14,747 nt of DNA from Octopus sinensis (taxonomy: Eukaryota), in NCBI RefSeq assembly GCF_006345805.1, contig NW_021825683.1:1-14747 (forward strand), in the 5' to 3' direction. The first letter of the stretch is position 1; every line of letters starts with the position of its first letter. Both the position numbers and the translations under genes were made by a program. Below are positions 9,057 through 14,747 of the stretch, piece by piece. The notes under the pieces are model-generated. The model was not told the origin of the DNA, did not search any database, and saw only the letters and a program-made list of their open reading frames with translations.

Positions 9057-9120
9057 TCTGATTTCGTGTGATATAAACGCTGGTGGACCTCAAGGTTCTT
9101 GTGATGCTTCTCACTCTGTT
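9057..9120 (+). pseudogene. possible tiny LINE reverse-transcriptase relic (GVPQGS motif)
   Basis: tct gat ttc /tgt gat ata aac gct ggt gga cct caa ggt tct = SDF/CDINAGGPQGS, then a frameshifted V..A..TL. It resembles the LINE RT motif 'I(N/T)xGVPQGSVLxPTLF'. Very short. Confidence 0.4.
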
Positions 9121-9237
9121 GAGGGTCCTAAATACGGCACAGCTAACTTTTGTTTGTCATCGTTCCTGGGCCGATAGTTACATGAACCGAACGCGTAGAT
9201 AAGTTGATATATTCGACAGTATCGTGGACTGTGCAAA

Positions 9238-9495
9238 CCCCCTCCTCTCCCTCCTCCTCCTCCTCCTCCTCTTCTTTCTTCTATTCCCCCTCCCTCCTTC
9301 TCCTCCTCCTCCTCCTCCTTCTCCTCCTCTCCTCCTCCTGCTTCTCCTCATTGACATAATAATAATGACGATAGTGATGATGCTAGTGGTGGTAGTGGTG
9401 ATGATGATGATCAGGATGATGAAGATGATGGTGGTGGTGGTAGTGGTGTTGGTGGTGATAATGATGCTGACGACGATAGAATACAACAATGATTG
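9238..9495. repeat. compound trinucleotide array (CCT then GAT/GGT)
   Basis: Seen directly. Confidence 0.93.
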
Positions 9496-9777
9496 AACAA
9501 CCACTGAGGTCGCTACTGATAGAGCGGCCAATTCTGTGTTAGCATTCAGTTGTTAGCAGATTCTTGCTACTGACGAAGCGCAATGAGGCAGAAATGCACT
9601 GTTTCCAATTCAACCACCGCTACTGCTCTATGATTTTTGTCTGCTCCTGATATATATACGTTTCTAACAGATACTTTCTCGAGATGAATGAAACAGTTAT
9701 TTAGACTTTCATAATGTCATCTACTTTAAGTATAACACACAGATTGTTATTTTAAACTAACACCGCTTTTGACGCAT

Positions 9778-9997
9778 ATTCTTTTATTCTTTTATTCTTT
9801 TACTTGTTTCAGTCATTTGACTGCGGCCATGCTGGAACATCGCCGGTAATCGAACAAATCGACCCCAGAACATATTCTTTGTAAGCCTGGTACTTATTCT
9901 ATCGGTCTCTTTTGCCGAACTGGTGCGTTACACACCAACATCGGTTGTCAAGCGACAGTGGGAGGGACAACACAACACAAGCACACAAATACATACA

Positions 9998-10057
<60 letters not shown>

Positions 10058-10234
10058 TACACATATATATACATATATATGCAACAGGCTTCTTTCAGTT
10101 TCCGTCTACCAAATCCACTCACAAGGCTTTGGTCGGCCCAAGGCCATAGCAGAAGACACTTGCCCAAGGTGCCACGCAGTAGGACTGAACACGGAACCAT
10201 GTAGTGGGAAGCCAGCTTCTTACCACTCAGCCAC
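9778..10234 (-). mobile_element. full-length tRNA-derived CORE-like SINE (family A) with internal (TATG)n/(TA)n tract and 8-mer tail
   Basis: Minus strand: head gtggctgagtggtaagaag (A-box-like) and ggttccgtgttcagtcc (B-box-like), then ggcaccttgggcaagtgtc (CORE-like), an internal microsatellite at ~9985-10080, a 3' body, and tail (AAAAGAAT)x3 at 9778-9801. Confidence 0.88.
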
Positions 10235-10336
10235 ATACATAAGTTAAATAATATTTACTGTATGTATGCCATATTTTCTAATATAACCCATGGCATCAAA
10301 TAAGTAGTAATTCAATGATCAGCTACATCTCTTCAA

Positions 10337-10383
10337 GGTGGTACTACAGCATGGCCGCAGTCCAGTTGCTGTAACCGGTAAAA
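10337..10383 (+). mobile_element. 3' terminal fragment of SINE family A
   Basis: ggtggtactacagcatggccgcagtc..ttgctgtaaccggtaaaa matches the reverse complement of 9799-9845 and of 59-105. Confidence 0.7.
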
Positions 10384-10403
10384 ACCGGTTATAAGTGATA
10401 GTC

Positions 10404-10406
<3 letters not shown>

Positions 10407-10449
<43 letters not shown>

Positions 10450-10451
10450 TG
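10407..10451. repeat. (TG)n microsatellite
   Basis: Seen directly. Confidence 0.97.
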
Positions 10452-10669
10452 TTCCACCGCTGCCATGTGACATCTTTTTACTGGCAGTGATCCAGGATGG
10501 CCACAGCTGAAACACGTAGTAGATTAAAAGACAATATATGCACACACCGACGCGCATTAAAAAGAAATTCATGAACCTTAGGTCTTGTAAGGTGGATTAC
10601 ACGGTTTGCCTTGAATGGGATGCCAGGCTGTAGAGATCAAGGTCGGACATTTTGACAGACGAGATAAGT

Positions 10670-10833
10670 TCAATACATCGACCCCAGTAGCTGACTGGTA
10701 CTTCATTTTATCAACCTGAAGGGATGAAAGTAAAGTTGATCTCGTTGGGATTTGAACTTACAACGCAAAAAGCCAGAAGTATTACTAAACAAGCATTTTC
10801 TCCGACGTGCTAACGATTCTGCCAGATCGCCCC
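10670..10833 (-). mobile_element. SINE family B copy
   Basis: catcgaccccagtag.tgactggtactt.attttatc...gggatgaaag...gatttgaact...gtgctaacgattctgccag.tcgcc is the reverse complement of the 1936-2135 type. Confidence 0.85.
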
Positions 10834-10969
10834 TTATACATACATACATACATACATACATGCAAAAATACCCTGTTGTTGATGTTGAAATTTCAATGAA
10901 GGAGCCTTGGATCTAGGTTAGAAACCGGTTCTTTCTCTATTGGTGAAACCCTGAAATAAAACTAAATAA

Positions 10970-11128
10970 TGACATACATACATACCACATACACATATAT
11001 ACGTACATACACATACATACAAAGTGTATATATATACATATACATATGCATATATATATACATATATATATATATATATTTAAATATATATACATATATA
11101 TATACATACCTACATATATATATATACA

Positions 11129-11180
<52 letters not shown>

Positions 11181-11240
11181 ATATATATATATGCACACAC
11201 ATACACATGCACACACAAACACACGTATGTATATATGTAT
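10970..11240. repeat. (TACA)n/(TA)n microsatellite
   Basis: Seen directly. Confidence 0.95.
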
Positions 11241-12327
11241 AAGAATGTAAGCCTGATTGTCACATCACCCGATTCAACAGGTAGATTTTAAGAAATGAAT
11301 CAAATTTTTCGCTTTTCAACATAATCATTGTATTGTGTGTGTCTTTACGCAACAATGGAGCAAACAGGAATTAGATGCTCGACTCATTGTATAAGAAAAC
11401 AGCGGCAAGTTTCGTATTAATTCACCATTGATGTCCTCCTTTAACTTCATTTTCTTCTTCTTCTTCTTCCTTATTCCCCCCGTAATTTCAGACAACATTT
11501 TTGTAGCTGTTTAACTGACCTCCACATCACTGTACACCACTGTTTTTGTCTCTTTGTTGCGCATGGATTGCCCCAAGGGGTTATTTTCATTGGAATGTTT
11601 AACCAACTCTTTCCCCTTAGTTCGCTTTCTTTCTCACCCCTTACTTTGTCTTATTCATTTGTATATATTTAAAGGTGCGTATGTATTCATTCATTACCAA
11701 TAATATAAGTTTGGTTGTGTTCTGTCAAGGCCAATCCTATCGCCGAAAGCCATTGAATGCAAATCTTTTTGTTTGTTTGCTCTGCAATCAAATCTCAGAG
11801 GAAGCTTGGAGCTGCCTGACATTTGCTTTTATTTCATTTCATTTTTTTATCATTATTTAACAATGGACTCTACTCTTGGCCCCCTCTCTCACGCCCCACC
11901 ACACGCCATTTCCTATTGGATTACAGTAGCTCGGGGCTGTCTCAGTCTATTTTATTAATCAAATATTTGCAAGACATCGCTTAGTTCTATATGTCGAAGC
12001 TGTATTATTTCACGTGTGACGTAACACAAAATGTCTACCGCAACTACATCAGAAGCCGTCAATTTATCTAACCTCGCTGAACTGTGTTACAAGCTATCGC
12101 TCTGGTTAATTTTACTAAACTACAATGTAACAATACAAGTTCATAACCACACCTATTAAGGCTCGTTCGAAAATTAGACCCAGGTGGGCCGTTGCAGCGG
12201 CTTCGCTTGTGAATTGAACCAACTCGGTTTTAATGTTAAGACACGCTTACTTCCCTTTCCAAACTGACGATGATAGAAGTTCAAAGCTGCTCACTAAAGA
12301 GTAAAGATATATTTCAGTGTTAACTGG

Positions 12328-12336
12328 CACACACAA

Positions 12337-12369
<33 letters not shown>

Positions 12370-12642
12370 CCCAAACGCATACACTAAACACACACACAAA
12401 CACAAACACACACTCATACACACACACACACACACAAACACACATACAAACACAGACACAGACACACAAACACACACAAACATAAACACATACACACACA
12501 CACACAGAAACACACACACAAACACAAACACACACACACAAAACACACACACAAACACACATACATACACACACACACACACACAAACACACACAAACAC
12601 ACACACACAAACATACACACATACACTAAACACACACAAACG

Positions 12643-12674
<32 letters not shown>

Positions 12675-12676
12675 CA
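12328..12676. repeat. degenerate (CA)n array with CAAA/CATA/CAGA interruptions
   Basis: Seen directly. Confidence 0.95.
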
Positions 12677-13110
12677 ACGGACAGATGCTGATTTATAACG
12701 TAATCTTCACTGTTCTATTGAAATCTCATCGGAGATTGTCTCATCCGTTGAATCTTCGATTTCCAGATAATATTTAGCAATCAATATTTAACGAAGACGA
12801 GAGAAATTTCGAGACGAGTTTCTCCGCATCTATTCAAGTTTCATCTTGTGATCAAATATAACATCTAATGTGGTTAAGATAAGACTTAATCTCTACATGA
12901 TTATCCTAATCTATAACGATCAAGGAGTTTTAAGTTGTCACCGTATTCGTTCGTTATTTGATACTGCTAAATAGAACTCTTATATCTGGCTGAATACGGC
13001 TCCTTGGGTGTTAGAACAACGATGGTATTCTGTTGACAAAACAAGATATTTGAAGAACTTTAATCCGTGGATTATGATTGTAAGAAAGGATTGAATCAGT
13101 ATCGTTCACT

Positions 13111-13316
13111 GCTTAGAAGTACATACATACATTCATACACTCATACATACATACATACATACATACATTCATTCATACATACATACATACACACACACAT
13201 ACATTCATACATACATTCATACATACATACACACATACATGCATACATACATACATACATACATACATACATACATACGTGTTTGTGTCTGTGTGTCAGA
13301 TGATCCATAATTCTCT

Positions 13317-13353
<37 letters not shown>
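13111..13353. repeat. (TACA)n/(TTCA)n array (13111-13278) and (TC)n (13311-13353)
   Basis: Seen directly. Confidence 0.95.
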
Positions 13354-13356
<3 letters not shown>

Positions 13357-13378
13357 GCCATCTCAATAACAATATTAA

Positions 13379-13590
13379 TGGTTTCAAATTTTTGCACAGG
13401 TCCAGCAATTTTGGTGTGGGGCTAGTTGATTATATCGACCCCAATGTTTAACTGGTATTTATTTTGTCGACTCCAAAAGGATGAGAGGCAAAGTCGACCA
13501 TGGTGAAATTTGAAGCCAGAACGTAAAATCGGAAGAAATGCGACTAAACATTTTTTCCTGGCAAAGCAATTATCTGCCGGCTCCTCGCCA
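13379..13590 (-). mobile_element. SINE family B copy
   Basis: tggtttcaaatttttgcaca...atcgacccca...ctggta.ttattttgtcgac.cc.aaaggatga.aggcaaagtcgacc..gg..aaatttgaa.ccagaacgtaaa. Confidence 0.85.
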
Positions 13591-13591
13591 C

Positions 13592-14150
13592 GCACGCGCA
13601 GGCGACAAAGAGCCGGAAAAGATGGCAAAATACAAGCAACTAAGAGACAAAATTGCTCGTAGGGTAATGAAGGGAGTAACTATTATCCCAGCAGTTGTCA
13701 GGGCAGAGGGAGAACTAATAATGAAGTTTGAGTAATATGTCGGAGAAACTTGAACTGACATGAGGGTAGAACAGTGCTTTTCAAACTTTTTGCTGGAGCG
13801 GAACCCCAAGGAAACATTCCACTGGCTCGAAGAACCCCTGTGCAATAATTTAATAGTCTTCTGCACACATATCTGCATAGGAGACTTAAAAATTACTGCC
13901 AATTTTTGCAGTTTTGTAACTTCTTGCGGAACTCCTGGACTGTACTGGCGGAACCCTGGTTGAAAACCACTGGGGTAGAATGTGTCTGAAAAACTGCTCT
14001 ATTGGGAGACAGCAAGGATTTTAAGATTTGTACTCGGGTGGAAAGAAAGCCTCGTGGAATGATACCTAGTGAGAACTTTGACAACAGATTGCTGTTCGTT
14101 CTTATAGAACCGGAGCAAGTAAATTCGAGAGCTCTAAAAAGTAAAATGAA
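13592..14150 (+). pseudogene. 3' end of an R4/Dong-like (RLE) non-LTR retrotransposon: C-terminal endonuclease region plus presumed 3' UTR, interrupted by a hAT MITE
   Basis: ARAGDKEPEKMAKYKQLRDKIARRVMKGVTIIPAVVRAEGELIMKFE*YVGET*TDMRVE [MITE] CV*KTALLG/TARILRFVLG matches the RLE C-terminal pattern KExEKxxKYxxL...V.IIPxVxGAxG...QKTALLGTARILRxVL. Confidence 0.88.
13772..13972. mobile_element. hAT (Charlie-like) MITE, 201 bp
   Basis: TIRs are CAGTGCTTTTCAAAC and GTTGAAAACCACTG. Perfect 8-bp TSD GGGTAGAA at 13764-13771 and 13973-13980, with TAGA at positions 4-7 as in the Charlie NTCTAGAN preference. Subterminal GCGGAAC[C/T]C motifs are repeated. Confidence 0.92.
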
Positions 14151-14152
14151 TA

Positions 14153-14214
<62 letters not shown>
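14153..14214. repeat. (TTA)n microsatellite, about 20 units
   Basis: Seen directly. Confidence 0.98.
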
Positions 14215-14747
14215 GTGATTGTGAGAGCAGTGCATGCCATCAAAGTGTCACTGGGTATAAATATACGAAGCCCATTATACCCAACATGACTACCCATCTG
14301 ATATGGGTAAACCAGGCACATGCATCACAACCATATGTGCACGACATGGTGACCTTATATCAAGATAAACAGCGCATGACCTCGCAGGTGGAGCCCAGTT
14401 TGAATTTTCTTCATCGTGCTCAAAAGGTCCCTGAATAAGGGTTCTTTAAGGATGTTGAGCGAAACATCCATGTTTCCAAAGGTGAATTATTCAAACCTCA
14501 AAGAATCCCTCTCAACTCATGGCTATGATGCTCCCCCACTACTTCTACTCGTGACCAGAGATGCACATATCGTCAGCCACAAAGGGACATGCTCAACTAG
14601 TTAAGGTCAATCAACTGACAAGCAAATCTGTGGTATTGAGCAGAATATTTGCTGTAACCCATCTTTATACCAAGACAAAACAAATGTACATGATAACACT
14701 TCCAATCAAGTTAAAATCACAAGCCATGAGAGCCACTGTCTGGTACT
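14153..14747 (-). mobile_element. retroposon (SINE or LINE 3' region) with (AAT)n tail, running off the window end
   Basis: Minus strand ends ...gtgtcactttgatggcatgcactgctctcacaatcact-(aat)n. An internal part is duplicated at 1182-1320. Family name not known to me. Confidence 0.7.

Noticed and set aside
10165-10234. tRNA gene
   Set aside because: It has A/B-box-like motifs but runs straight into a SINE body, and I could not fold a complete cloverleaf. The same applies to ~1710-1779.
10372-10391. Perfect hairpin TAACCGGT-AAAA-ACCGGTTA
   Set aside because: It is a short local duplication of a self-palindromic AACCGGT at the end of a SINE fragment, with no evidence of function.
11492-11674. 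Candidate exon (polypyrimidine tract plus tttcAG acceptor at 11490-11491; aag|GTGCGT donor at 11675)
   Set aside because: All three frames hit a stop before the donor, and the pyrimidine tract is a (CTT)n microsatellite.
12950-13095. Stop-poor frame reading YIWLNTAPWVLEQRWYSVDKTRYLKNFNPWIMIVRKD
   Set aside because: It is short, bounded by stops, lacks convincing splice sites and matches no family I recognise.

Overview
Eukaryotic, microsatellite-saturated non-coding DNA. The repeat families look like those of Octopus-type coleoid cephalopods; this is recognition from memory, not a database result. I found no intact host gene, RNA gene or CRISPR array, and nearly all ORFs in the track are microsatellite or repeat artefacts. 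The window is a layered transposon landscape. The standout is a young 1,929-bp foldback-type non-autonomous DNA transposon (4405-6333): near-identical 632/618-bp terminal inverted repeats built from ~135-156-bp modular sub-repeats, a perfect 8-bp target-site duplication (GATTTAAG) and a 679-bp AT-rich non-coding core. Also present: a 201-bp hAT-Charlie-like MITE with perfect 8-bp TSD (13772-13972) that splits the reading frame of an R4/Dong-like LINE C-terminus; a second cryptic R4/Dong-like RT/thumb fragment (~7440-7835, minus); a decayed mariner 5' end with transposase N-terminus (282-746, minus); several SINEs of at least three families; and many di-, tri- and tetranucleotide arrays.
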